From Candidatus Spiroplasma holothuricola (lineage in GTDB: Bacteria > Bacillota_I > Bacilli_A > Mycoplasmatales > MT37), in the NCBI GenBank assembly GCA_002135175.2, contig CP022929.1, forward strand, positions 21,231-85,230: a stretch of DNA of 64,000 nt, in the 5' to 3' direction. Below the pieces are notes generated by a model. The model was not told where the DNA came from. It searched no databases and saw only the letters and a program-made list of their open reading frames with translations. Below, piece by piece: positions 46,917 through 56,905 of the stretch. The translations under genes were made by a program, and so were the position numbers. Numbering within the stretch: position 1 is the first letter of the stretch; each line of letters opens with the position of its first letter.

Positions 46917-47567
46917 ATGGATAAAATTTTTGTTTTGGGTATTGGACAACTAGGACAAGAAGTTGCTAAATACTTAATTTATTATGGAAAATCAATCATT
47001 CTGATTGATAAGAATGAAGAAAAACTCAAAAATTTTCAAAAATTAAATGCTAGTATTGCTGTTCTCAATAGTGAAAATATTGATGCTCTTCGTGAACTAG
47101 AAATTAGAGAAAACGACCGAGTTTTTGTATCCATGGGTGAAAACATTGGGAGTTCAATCATTACCACCCAAAACTTGATTGATCTGGGAATTAAAAATAT
47201 TTTTGTTCGGGTAATTGATAAAAGACATGAAAAAATTATTAAATCTTTAGGAATTAAAAATACAATTCGTCCTTATAAAGTTGCAGCCAAACAATTGATT
47301 TACAAACTTATAAACGACATTGATGCTCTTCCTTTTGGTGATTCAAAACATTTAATTGTTAATTTAATCAACAATAAAATTAAAAAATTACAAATTAAAG
47401 ACATCAAAATAAATATTAAAAATTTTCAAATAATCTTAGTTCGTCCAAACAATAAAGACGATTCTTTCATTCCGAATGGAGAAACCAAAATTGATATTGG
47501 TGATAAAGTAACAATTTTGACTTCAATTGACCAAGTAAAAGATGTCAACAAACTATTTTTAAAATAA
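46917..47567 (+). CDS. ktrA: Ktr/Trk potassium uptake peripheral subunit (RCK/TrkA-N domain)
   Basis: A Rossmann motif (VLGIGQLGQEVAKYL) and an RCK_C-like C-terminus are present. It is divergent from ktrB. Confidence 0.88.
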   Translation: MDKIFVLGIGQLGQEVAKYLIYYGKSIILIDKNEEKLKNFQKLNASIAVLNSENIDALRELEIRENDRVFVSMGENIGSSIITTQNLIDLGIKNIFVRVIDKRHEKIIKSLGIKNTIRPYKVAAKQLIYKLINDIDALPFGDSKHLIVNLINNKIKKLQIKDIKINIKNFQIILVRPNNKDDSFIPNGETKIDIGDKVTILTSIDQVKDVNKLFLK

Positions 47568-47577
47568 TTGGCAAAAA

Positions 47578-49083
47578 TTAGTTGTTGATGGGACGTAACG
47601 TTGGAAACAAAATCACGTCTTTAATTGATTCAGTATTTGTAAAAAACATAATCAACCGATCAACTCCAAGACCCATACCACCCGTTGGAGGTAAACCATA
47701 AGCCAAGGCTTCGAGATATTCTTCATCGAGTTCGTTTGCTTCTTCATTTCCTTGGATGCGTTCAGCTAATTGCTTTTCCAATCTTTGACGTTGATCAATT
47801 GGATCGTTTAATTCAGAGAAAGCATTAGCATACTCATCTCCAACAATGAAAAGTTCAAATCGTTCCGTGAAATTTGGATTGGTTGAAGAACGTTTAGCAA
47901 AAGGAGAAATCTCAATTGGATAATTGTAAATAAATGTTGGTTGAGTTAGTTCTGGTTGAACTAAAAATTCAAAAAAACGATTCAAAACATGACCAATTGT
48001 TTGATCAAATTTGTCTAATGGAACTTTGTTTTTTTGAGCTAGTTTTTGGGCTTCAGCAAAACTTTTTATTTCGTCAAAATTCACTTGAGTGAACTTTTGA
48101 ACAGCATCAATCATTGTCATCTGGACAAAGGGTACTGACAAATCAATTTGATTTTGTTTGAAGGTAAATTTTCGAGTGTGAAAAATCTGATCGGCAATTT
48201 CTGTGATCAATTTTTCTGTGAGCGACATCATTGTTTTGATGTTGCCATAAGCTTGATAAACTTCCAAAATTGTAAATTCAGGATTGTGACGGGGAGATAA
48301 ACCTTCATTGCGAAAAACGCGACCAATTTCAAAAACTCGATTGAAACCACCAACAACTAATTTTTTGAGATAAAGTTCTGGGGCAACTCGTAAATAAAGA
48401 TTAATATCAAGTGCTCGGTGATGAGTGACAAAAGGTTTGGCTGCTGCTCCTCCAAGAACACTTTGCAAAATGGGAGTGGTTACCTCTAAATAATTTTGAG
48501 TCACTAAATAATGACGAATAAAATCAATAATTTGTGATCGTAATTGAAATCGTTGTCGTGCTTCGTTGTTCATTAATAAATCTAAATAACGTTTTCGATA
48601 CTTTAATTCTTGATCTTTTAAACCATGAAATTTATCAGGCAATGGGAGCAAAGCCTTAACTAACAAGCAAGCCTTTTCTACTTCAATGGTTAGTTCACCT
48701 GTATGTGTTTTCATTAATTGACCAGATTCAATACCGATGATGTCGCCTCGATCTCAAGTTTTAGCGGTTGCAAACATTTGGGGATTATGAATGGCATTGA
48801 TCAAAAGTTGAATTTTTACTCCTTGATCGATTAGTTGGAAAAACATAATTTTGCCCAGATGTCTAATTTGAATGATGCGACCGGCAGTATGAACATTCAA
48901 TTTTGTCTGTGTCGAGTCTGTTAAAGATTGATTTTTATTTTGATGAACAATTTTCCCAATTTCTTGACGAGGAAAAAAAGAATTCAGAAAAGGATTCTTA
49001 TTTTTAGCAATTAATTGCTCCAATTTTTGACGACGAACTTGTTCTTCGGAAAGATTGTTTTTGGGTTGGGAATTATTTTTCAT
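47578..49083 (-). CDS. lysS: lysyl-tRNA synthetase (class II)
   Basis: A 501-aa ORF whose two fragments share a frame. Sequences RYLDLLMN, FRNEGLSPRHNPEFT and GGMGLGVDRLIMF are present. Confidence 0.95.
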
Positions 49084-49087
49084 GGAT

Positions 49088-51259
49088 CTAAATTTCTAGT
49101 TTATTAATTGATAATTTATTTTCATTTCTGTCAATTTTCATCACCTTTCCATCTTTGAATCGAATCACGGTGTCGGCAATTTGAGAAAATTTTTCATTGT
49201 GAGTAATGAGAATAATTGTCGTTTTGTAACGTCGTTGAATCATTAATAAAGTTTTTAATACTTTTCGTGACATCTTCTGATCAAGTGCTCCAGTAGGTTC
49301 GTCACAGAAAAGAAGATCGGGGTTTTTGGCAATAGCTCGAGCAATTGAAAAACGTTGTTGTTGTCCTCCTGATAGTTGGTAAGAATAAGAATCTGCCAAA
49401 TCACTAATTTCTAAAATATCCATTAATTCATCAATAGGAATAGTTTTTTTGTCAGTTGAAGCAAGATAAGCTCCAATCTCAATATTTTCCCGAGCAGTTA
49501 AGTTTTGGAGAAGATTATAACTTTGGAAAATAATTCCCACATAATGACGGCGGAAATTTGTTAATGCAGAATTATCCATCATTGTTAAGTTTTGACCAGA
49601 AACAAGAACATCACCTGTATCTGCTAAATCAATCCCCGACATCACATTTAATAAAGTTGTTTTACCTGAACCTGAAGGACCAAGAATAACCACAAATTCA
49701 CCCTTCTTAATTTTCAAATTAACATTGTGAAAAACTTTTGTGACGACTCGTTCCACAAGATAATATTTGGAAATGTTTTCTAATTCAATAATGTATTTTT
49801 CTGGAGAAGGATCAAGAGAAGTAACCAATAATTGTTCATTAATTTTATTAGATTTTTTCTTTTGACGATAACGGAGAGTTTTATATTGTCTTAAATTTCA
49901 ATTGTATTCATTGTTGTTTTTGATCAGAGAATCATAAAGTTCAGGATTATCGTAGTTGTGGTAATTAAATCTTTTGATTTTGTCTTTTTGATATCATCAA
50001 AAAAATAATTTGGAATTAATAAATTTTTTCAATGATGTTCACACATTCAAAAAAACAGAAGGTGTTTCGGGAATTGCATCTTGAAATTTAATCAAATTAA
50101 AGAATGATTTTTGAATCACAAATTTAGGAACACCCTTCAAAGAACTAGCCAAAGGCAAAGTACTAAAATCAAGCTTTTTAATCTTAATTTGATAAAGTTT
50201 GAGCTTTGCAATTTTGACAAAGTGTTTAACAAAATATTTGTATAAAAAATCATAGTCATTGAAATAATTTAAATTCAAAAATATAACTCGATTTTTTTCA
50301 GTGCTCCCGGTTGGATATTTGGTGAGTGAAGAATTAACTGGCAGAAAATAAAAATCAAAATTCAAATTAAATCACAAAGAAATATTAAGAGATTTTTTTG
50401 ATTTCAATTCTGGTAAAAACGATTGATTTAAAATGAACTGAATCGGAATTGACTTAGTTGGATAGATTTCAGATATTGAATTTATTTTTTGAACAACAAT
50501 TTCGGGAGAAAGCTTCACTGAAACAAAGGGTTGAGGAAAAAGTGTTGAGAATTCAATCAAACGACGTGAAGCAGTTAAAAATTGTAATTTGTCATTTACA
50601 ACTTTGATAATCATGGCAAAATGGGCTAAAACTTTGTTGGCAAATGAAGTTGATCATAACAAGTAAGAAAAACTTCAAACTTGAACAAATGAATCACGAT
50701 TCATTGAAATTGGTTTAGTAGTTAACAAAGAAGTAACGGGAATAAAAAAGAAATCTTGTTGGGGAATAACAAAAAAAGCAATAGAAAGATCTCTTTGGGA
50801 ATCTTTTTTAAAAATAAGTAGGACTTCTTTGGGTTTGACATCTTGACGAGTTGATTTATGAACTTTCAAAATTCGTTGGGGATTTTTTTGCGGAAACAAA
50901 ATTTTTGTTTGCGAAATGTTTCGAAAAATTAATTGATGATCTTTAATGCTTTGACCAAAGGAAAGTGGATAAAAAAATAACAAAGTTTTACCCGGTTTAA
51001 AAAATTTTGAAAACTTTTTCAAGTAATAAGCAAAAGAATCATAAAAAGTGGATTGCGTTACTGCAGTCGGCAGGAAAAAAAATTGAATTTGATTATCAAA
51101 TGTTCCAGCCAAAGGCTGAGATTTTAAAACAGAAGTGACAGGTAAAAAGACAAAAATTTTATTGGCAGGGTGAAAAAAAGCAATATTTAACGGAAAGACC
51201 GAATTTTTGAACAGAATTAAGTTCAGAACTTTTTTTGATGGAGATTTAGAAGCAACCAT
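49088..51259 (-). CDS. ABC transporter ATP-binding protein (MacB/LolD-like ATPase) with a ~480-aa N-terminal extension
   Basis: Four track fragments (tops 51259, 50614, 50365, 49828) are in one frame. I read all the junctions and found only TGA codons. The C-terminal ATPase has [17 protein letters not shown] and LLFCDEPT. The N-terminal region has an internal repeat: [36 protein letters not shown] versus [37 protein letters not shown]. Confidence 0.85.
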
Positions 51260-51279
51260 AAAATTAATAAAAAAACAAT

Positions 51280-51543
51280 TTAATGAGAATTATTACTGTT
51301 TGATTTAAGTGCTGGAGTTGATTTGGTTGGATTCGTAGTTGGAGATGATTTCACTTCTAATGAACGAATTTTTAAAGTAGTCATGATTCGGGCAATTTGT
51401 TTACGGATTTTACCAACATCAGCATAATTAGTTTTTTGACCGGAATGAATCTGAAAACGAACAACAAACAATTGACCACGAAGATCAGTTAACTGTTGTT
51501 TTAGTTCAGTGATTGTGAATTTAGATAAATCTTTATTTTTCAA
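51280..51543 (-). CDS. rpmC: 50S ribosomal protein L29, with an S/T/N/P-rich C-terminal tail
   Basis: The sequence contains ...ELKQQLTDLRGQLFVVRFQIHSGQ...KIRKQIARIMT. The probable TTG start at 51543 overlaps the rplP end; the track start at 51570 is likely too long. Confidence 0.85.
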   Translation of the reverse strand: MKNKDLSKFTITELKQQLTDLRGQLFVVRFQIHSGQKTNYADVGKIRKQIARIMTTLKIRSLEVKSSPTTNPTKSTPALKSNSNNSH

Positions 51544-51961
51544 GGGCAGGGAAATCAGCACGAGAGACAAAGCGTCATTTTAAAGGAAGTTTGTTACCAG
51601 CAGCACGAATTGCTTCTTGTGCTTTTTCTTTGCTAATGCCACTAATTTCATAAATAATTGTCCCCGTTTTAGCCACGGCTACTCACTTATCAACACTTCC
51701 TTTTCCAGAACCCATTCGTACTTGTGTGGGTTTAGCTGTCTTAGCAAAATGAGGAAAAATACGAATTCACATTTTTCCAGTTTTTTTTATATATTTCATT
51801 AAAGCAATTCGACCAGCTTCAATTTGATTGCTCGTGATTCAATTTCCTTCTTTTGCTTGCAAACCATACTCACCAAAATCAAGTCGTTTACAACCTTTAG
51901 CTTTGCCAGTGTATTTAACACGATGCGGTTTTTTTCAAATGGTTTTTCGAGGTATTAACAT
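51533..51961 (-). CDS. rplP: 50S ribosomal protein L16
   Basis: A code-4 ORF absent from the track. It begins MLIPRKTIWKKPHRVKYTGKAKG and contains ...RMGSGKGSVDKWVAV.... Confidence 0.92.
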
Positions 51962-51967
51962 AATAAC

Positions 51968-52621
51968 TTATTCATTATGATCTAAAAAATAGGTGGTTGG
52001 TTTGTAAATTCAAACTTTGACTCCAATTTGGCCATAATTCGTTTTGGAAATGGCAAAACCATAGTTCATTCTTACTTTCAATGTTGACAAAGGTAATGCT
52101 CCAAAAGCTTGAACCGATCGTCGAGCAATATCTGCTCCATTCAAACGACCGGAAATAATAATTTTCATTCCATGAACACCCAACCGCTTACCAGTTCGAA
52201 TTGCTTTTTGTTGGATCAAACGATAATTTTCTCGATTAACAATTCTTTTAGCAATGTCTTGAGCAACGATTTGGGCATTCAAACCAGCATTCCGCTCTTC
52301 AATTACTTCGATTTTAATTTTGTACTGACGATTTTTCAAAGCTTTTTGGGCTCATTCTGTAATTCGTTTTAAATTTTTTCCTTGTTGTCCCAAAATTGGT
52401 CCCAATCGAGAAGAATGAATGTAAATATTGATCACATCTCCATAACGATGGATTTCGATTTTGGCAATAAATGCCGAAGGTAATTTTTGATTGAACATCC
52501 TCCGCAAAATTACCGACTCTTTTATTCACAAGGCTTCTTTGTTCTTGGGAGCAATTCACTGAGAATCTCATTGCTGATTAATGCCGATGCGGAGCGCGGT
52601 TGGAATGATTTTTTGTCCCAT
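51968..52621 (-). CDS. rpsC: 30S ribosomal protein S3
   Basis: The sequence starts MGQKIIPTALRIGINQQWDSQW and contains the KH region ...GKNLKRITEW... plus GRLNGADIARR. The code-4 ORF ends at TAA 51968-51970. Confidence 0.95.
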
Positions 52622-52622
52622 A

Positions 52623-53099
52623 TTATGCTTTTAATTCTAATTGTTTTTGTTTTGGAATTGAGATTGATTTGGTTTGATTTTTTTTGAGGATTTGATTATT
52701 CTTTTTTTGAGAAACGGAATCAGAAGTAGTTGTTGAAAGGTCATCATTAATTTGTAATTTTAAATAAACATGAGAGGCTCGTTTTCAAATAGGAAAAGTG
52801 ACTCCTTTCGCTCGTGGCCGAGATCGTTTTAATTTGTAACTTTCACCAACAATAAATAAAGCAATTGATAATTTTTCAAAACTCACTTTATTATTGACGG
52901 CGGCATTAGCAACGGCTGAACGAATTAATTTGCTGATGGCTGGAGCAGAACGTTGAGTTAAATTACTGAGAATAGCCAAAGCTTCTCGAATCGATTTGTA
53001 GCGGACCAAATCAACAATCAAACGAACCTTACGAGGGGTGATGGGCAAGTTGTGTAAAACAGCCGAAACAAATTGAGTTTTATTTTTTCTTTCCACCAT
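52623..53099 (-). CDS. rplV: 50S ribosomal protein L22, with a ~45-aa C-terminal extension
   Basis: The L22 core reads ...[27 protein letters not shown]... . It reads through TGA 52785-52787 into a polar tail and ends at TAA 52623-52625. Confidence 0.92.
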
Positions 53100-53346
53100 G
53101 ACCAAAAAATCTACGAGTAGGAGAAAACTCTCCTAATTTATGTCCAACCATATCTTCAGTAACAAACACTGATAAGTGAGTTTTTCCATTATGAACACCA
53201 AAAGTTAATCCAACAAATTCAGGGAAAATTGTTGATCGACGTGATCAAGTTTTGATTGATTTTTTCTTTTCTTGATCACGCATCGTCATCACTTTTTTTC
53301 AAAGTGATGGTTGAACATAAGGACCTTTTTTTAACGAACGACTCAT
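53080..53346 (-). CDS. rpsS: 30S ribosomal protein S19
   Basis: An 88-aa code-4 ORF absent from the track. It begins [19 protein letters not shown] and contains ...[29 protein letters not shown]. Confidence 0.92.
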
Positions 53347-53370
53347 TATTTTATCTTCTTATTTTATCCT

Positions 53371-54219
53371 TTATCTGATTGTTTGTCGGCGACGAATAAT
53401 TAGTTTTGATGAGAACTTTTTACGGTTTCGGGTTTTGACACCGTAGGCTATTTTTCCTCATTTCGTTTTTGGTGATTTATGACCAATTGGTGCTTTTCCT
53501 TCTCCACCACCATGAGGATGATCACAACGATTCATGGCCGCCCCTCGAACTGATGGACGTTTGCCTCGTCAACGATTTCGACCAGCTTTTCCAATTTTGA
53601 CAAGACGATTATCTTCATTACCAACGGATCCAATTGTGGCTCCACAATCTTGCAAAATTTTTCTTGTTTCTCCAGAACTAAGTTTAACAATCATGTATTT
53701 TTTTGTATCATCAAGTCCAAGAAGCTGAACACCTGTTCCAGCTGAACGAGCCATCACTCCTCCTTGGCCGGGTCGTAATTCAAGATTGTGGACAATCATT
53801 CCTTCAGGAATATGCTTCAATGGCATAGAGTTCCCGATTTGGGGATCAATTTCATCAGTACTGCTGAGAATTTTTTGACCAATTTTTAAACCAGAAGGAG
53901 CAAGAATATATCTTCGTTGGCCATCAGCATAAAGAATAAGTGAAATAAAAGCATTGCGATTGGGATCGTATTCAAAGGTCTTTACTATTCCAGGAATATT
54001 AAATTTATTTCTTCTAAAATCAATGATTCGATATTTTTTGCGAGATCCTCCACCACGATGGCGAACACTAATTTGCCCAGTTTTGTCACGACCAGATTTT
54101 TTTTTGAGGTTACGTAACAAAGAAGCAGTGGGACGATCTTTAGTTAATGTTTTTTGATAATTAATCAAAATCGTGTCTCTTGACGAGTTGTTAATCGGGC
54201 GAAGTTTACGAACTGGCAT
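53371..54219 (-). CDS. rplB: 50S ribosomal protein L2
   Basis: A 282-aa ORF with ...[12 protein letters not shown].. and [30 protein letters not shown] read through it codon by codon. Confidence 0.97.
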
Positions 54220-54224
54220 AATAA

Positions 54225-54683
54225 TTATTTATTTTTATCTTTTTTTGGTGTTGCTGAAGAGGTTAAATCAGCTGCTTCAATCTTAGTCAATTTGGCAACT
54301 CGATCTTGAATTCGGGTGAAAAATCCTTTTTTAACTGGGGCAATACTTGTTGATTTGATATCGGGAACAATTGGTTGACCAGTAGTTTTTTGAGCTTGGT
54401 TAGGATTAAGAAACTCAAATTTTTGTCCGGGAACAAGAGTAATGATTGCTTTTTTATAACGTTTTGTTTTTCCAGAATATCGCCCAATTCGTCGTGGTCT
54501 CCCAAATTGTCGCATCACATTGACAGAAGCAACTTTATATCCAAAAATTGATTCAAATACTTGTTTAATTTGTGGTTTGTTGGCTTTTCAATCAACAATA
54601 AAAACAATCTGTTGATGTTGTTCCATTAATTTATTGGATTTTTCAGTAACAACGATTCGGCGGAAAATTTGGGGATTAATCAT
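54225..54683 (-). CDS. rplW: 50S ribosomal protein L23, with a ~55-aa C-terminal extension
   Basis: The ATG overlaps the rplD stop. The L23 core reads ..VTEKSNKLMEQHQQIVFIVDWKANKPQIKQVFESIFGYKV.., followed by a long polar tail. Confidence 0.9.
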
Positions 54684-55417
54684 TATCGAACAGAAAAGCG
54701 AGCTTCGAGAGCATCCAAAGAAGGTCGATCTAAAATCAGTTTTTCAGCATGAATTAAATCACAAATTCGTAAATGAGCAAAAGATGTTGCCTTATGATTA
54801 GTCAAGTTAGCAAAACTTAATTTTCAATTTTTATGAACTTGGTCAAGAGCAATCAAAACTAATCCTTTTTTGTAACCAGGGTGGAGTTTGGCACAAATTT
54901 CTAATCAAGATTTAGTTTTTGGTCGATCAATTGATGGCAAATCAACAACTAAAATTTTATTGGCTTCATAAAGCATTGAAAGACAAGAAAGCAATGCTCG
55001 TTGTTTTTCTTTTTTGTTCATTTTTTTTGAATAATTTTCTTTTCCAGTTGGACCAAAAGTAATACCACCTCCTCGTCAAATTGGTGAACGAATTGAACCA
55101 GCTCGAGCACGACCTGTTCCTTTTTGACGTCATGGTTTTCGACCACCACCGGAAACCTCACCTCGCGTTTTTGTTTTTTTTGAACTTTGACGGGCATTGG
55201 CTAACTCTGTAGTCATTGCACGACTAATTAATAAATCATGACGAGGAGTATTTCAAATTGCAGGATTGAGATTAATTTCGGCTATTTTTTTACTTTGGTG
55301 ATCAAAAACAGAAACTGAACATTTTTTAACTGGTGTGCTGATTGATGTTGGGTTGGTTTTTGGTGTTGGAGTTTTAATCACAATTTTTTTTTCAGTTTTA
55401 CTAGGGAGTTTTGTCAT
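54683..55417 (-). CDS. rplD: 50S ribosomal protein L4, with a ~30-aa K/T/P-rich N-terminal extension
   Basis: A code-4 ORF absent from the track, containing ...[35 protein letters not shown].... The exact start is uncertain. Confidence 0.9.
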
Positions 55418-55419
55418 AA

Positions 55420-56199
55420 TTAGTTATTTTCTGGTGTCAGTGACGAATCTTTTTGTTCTGTTTTTGGTTCGGATGATGTTTGATTGGTTTTGGTTGGTGA
55501 AGAATTTGGCTGAGGGTTACTTTTGGAAAAAAAACTTGCTGTATTAAACATGATGGCTGGCTTTAATGTTTTAGGTTGATTGGTTGATTCACAAATTTTG
55601 ATTCAGTTTTTGGGAAAACCAGGAACCGTTCCCCGAACTGCAACAATTCGTTCTTCGGGAATCAAATGAATAACTTCCATGTTTTTAGTTGTCACTCTGA
55701 CATTACCCATTCGTCCAGGTAGTGGTTGTCCTTTTCAAATTTTGTCGGGTTTTGATAAACCAACTGAACCAGGAGCCCGGTGATGTTTTGAACCGTGGGT
55801 CATTGGACCACGAGAAAAATTGTGACGCTTAATTACTCCAGCTGTTCCTTTTCCTTTGGAAGTGGCTGTGATATCGACATACATTCCGGGTACTAGATGA
55901 GTAATCGGTAATTCATCTCCGACTTTTAAATCGGTTGTCGTTAACATTTCCGAACAAAAATCAACACGATCAATTTTGGCTTTTTTAAAATGATGAATTT
56001 GTGGTTTTTTTAAATTAGTTCGAGCATTTTCAATGGCTGTTGCCACTTGGACGGCATCATATCCATCTTTTTTTTTAGTTTTAATTTGAGCAATGAAATT
56101 TGGATGAACTTGTAAAAAAGTAACCGGGATCATTTCCCCGTTTTCGGTGAACAATTGATGCATCATCATTTTTCGAGCAAGAAGCATTTTTCTTTTCAT
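55420..56199 (-). CDS. rplC: 50S ribosomal protein L3, with a ~50-aa polar C-terminal extension
   Basis: The sequence contains ...ITATSKGKGTAGVIKRHNFSRGPMTHGSKHHRAPGS... and continues through TGA 55735-55737 to TAA 55420-55422. Confidence 0.95.
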
Positions 56200-56211
56200 A
56201 ATGAATAAAAA

Positions 56212-56517
56212 TTAGACTGTCTTCACTGATAAATTGACACTCGATGCTAGTTGCATATGTTGTAATTGATCAATTGTTTTTAAATTAGGATGCAAAACAA
56301 TTAGTCGTTTGTGTGTTTTTTGTTCGAAATGTTCTTGTGAATCTTTGTGCCGAAAAACACCTCGAAGAACTGTATAAAGTCTTCGCCGAGTTGGTAAGGG
56401 GATTGGTCCCCGAAACGTTGAACCAGATGCACGGGCAATTTCAATAATTTTTCGTGCTGATTCATCAACGATTTTATGCTCATAACCTCAAATTAAAATT
56501 TCCATTTTAGCAATCAT
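56212..56517 (-). CDS. rpsJ: 30S ribosomal protein S10
   Basis: A code-4 ORF; the 60-aa ORF the track lists at 56301-56483 is out of frame relative to it. The sequence is MIAKMEILIWGYEHKIVDESARKIIEIARASGSTFRGPIPLPTRRRLYTVLRGVFRHKDSQEHFEQKTHKRLI.... Confidence 0.93.
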
Positions 56518-56551
56518 AATAATAAAAAAACAAATTATTAAACTTCATTAA

Positions 56552-56560
56552 ATTTTATCA
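56552..56560 (-). promoter_or_regulatory. candidate extended -10 element (TGATAAAAT) for the S10 operon
   Basis: Read on the minus strand about 35 nt upstream of the rpsJ ATG and just downstream of the terminator at 56611-56643. Confidence 0.3.
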
Positions 56561-56610
56561 TGTAAAAAACAAGAATTTAAGTGAGAGTAATAGTAAAAAT
56601 GAACCTTTTA

Positions 56611-56643
56611 ACAAAAAAAAGCCCCCGAAAAAAATTCAGGGGC
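56611..56643 (-). terminator. rho-independent terminator (GC stem GCCCC...GGGGC followed by T8 on the minus strand)
   Basis: The minus strand reads GCCCCTGAATTTTTTTCGGGGGC followed by TTTTTTTT. It is the only GC-rich hairpin in this intergenic region and lies about 65 nt after the small-ORF stop. Confidence 0.8.
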
Positions 56644-56706
56644 AGTTATAAGGAAAAGTTAACACTGTTCAATAAAAACAATGATTGGACTAATCCAGTC
56701 TAATAA

Positions 56707-56817
56707 CTAACAACAGCTGCTTGTCTTATGACAATTACATTTTTGAGAACAAGTCTCAGAACTGCATGTAAGAACGCAAGTTCTACATTGGCAACTACAA
56801 TTTTTTGTTTGTGACAT
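56707..56817 (-). CDS. 36-aa cysteine-rich small protein (10 Cys; metallothionein-like pattern)
   Basis: The minus-strand ORF is ATG TCA CAA ... TGT TGT TAG = MSQTKNCSCQCRTCVLTCSSETCSQKCNCHKTSSCC. An AGAAAGG Shine-Dalgarno sequence lies 6 nt upstream; an alternative ATG sits 2 codons upstream at 56823. A TATAAT box lies at 56856-56861, and the terminator follows at 56611-56643. It is below the track size cut-off. Confidence 0.55.
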   Translation of the reverse strand: MSQTKNCSCQCRTCVLTCSSETCSQKCNCHKTSSCC

Positions 56818-56855
56818 GGACATCCTTTCTGCTAGGAATTAACCTAACATAAAAA

Positions 56856-56861
56856 ATTATA
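56856..56861 (-). promoter_or_regulatory. consensus -10 box (TATAAT) upstream of the Cys-rich small ORF
   Basis: The minus strand reads ...TTTTTATATATAATTTTTTATG.... The box lies 45-50 nt downstream of the rpoC stop and about 38 nt upstream of the ATG. I found no convincing -35 element. Confidence 0.4.
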
Positions 56862-56905
56862 TATAAAAATTATTCTTTTCTATAAAAGATCAAAAAAAAC
56901 GTAAA

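Noticed and set aside
54287-54505. Same-strand alternative-frame ORFs: 54287-54505 within rplW, 63321-63599 within rpoB, 16691-16900 within ftsZ, 52314-52571 within rpsC and 56301-56483 within rpsJ.
   Set aside because: The overlapping frame carries the recognisable conserved protein. The alternative frame has no recognisable features.
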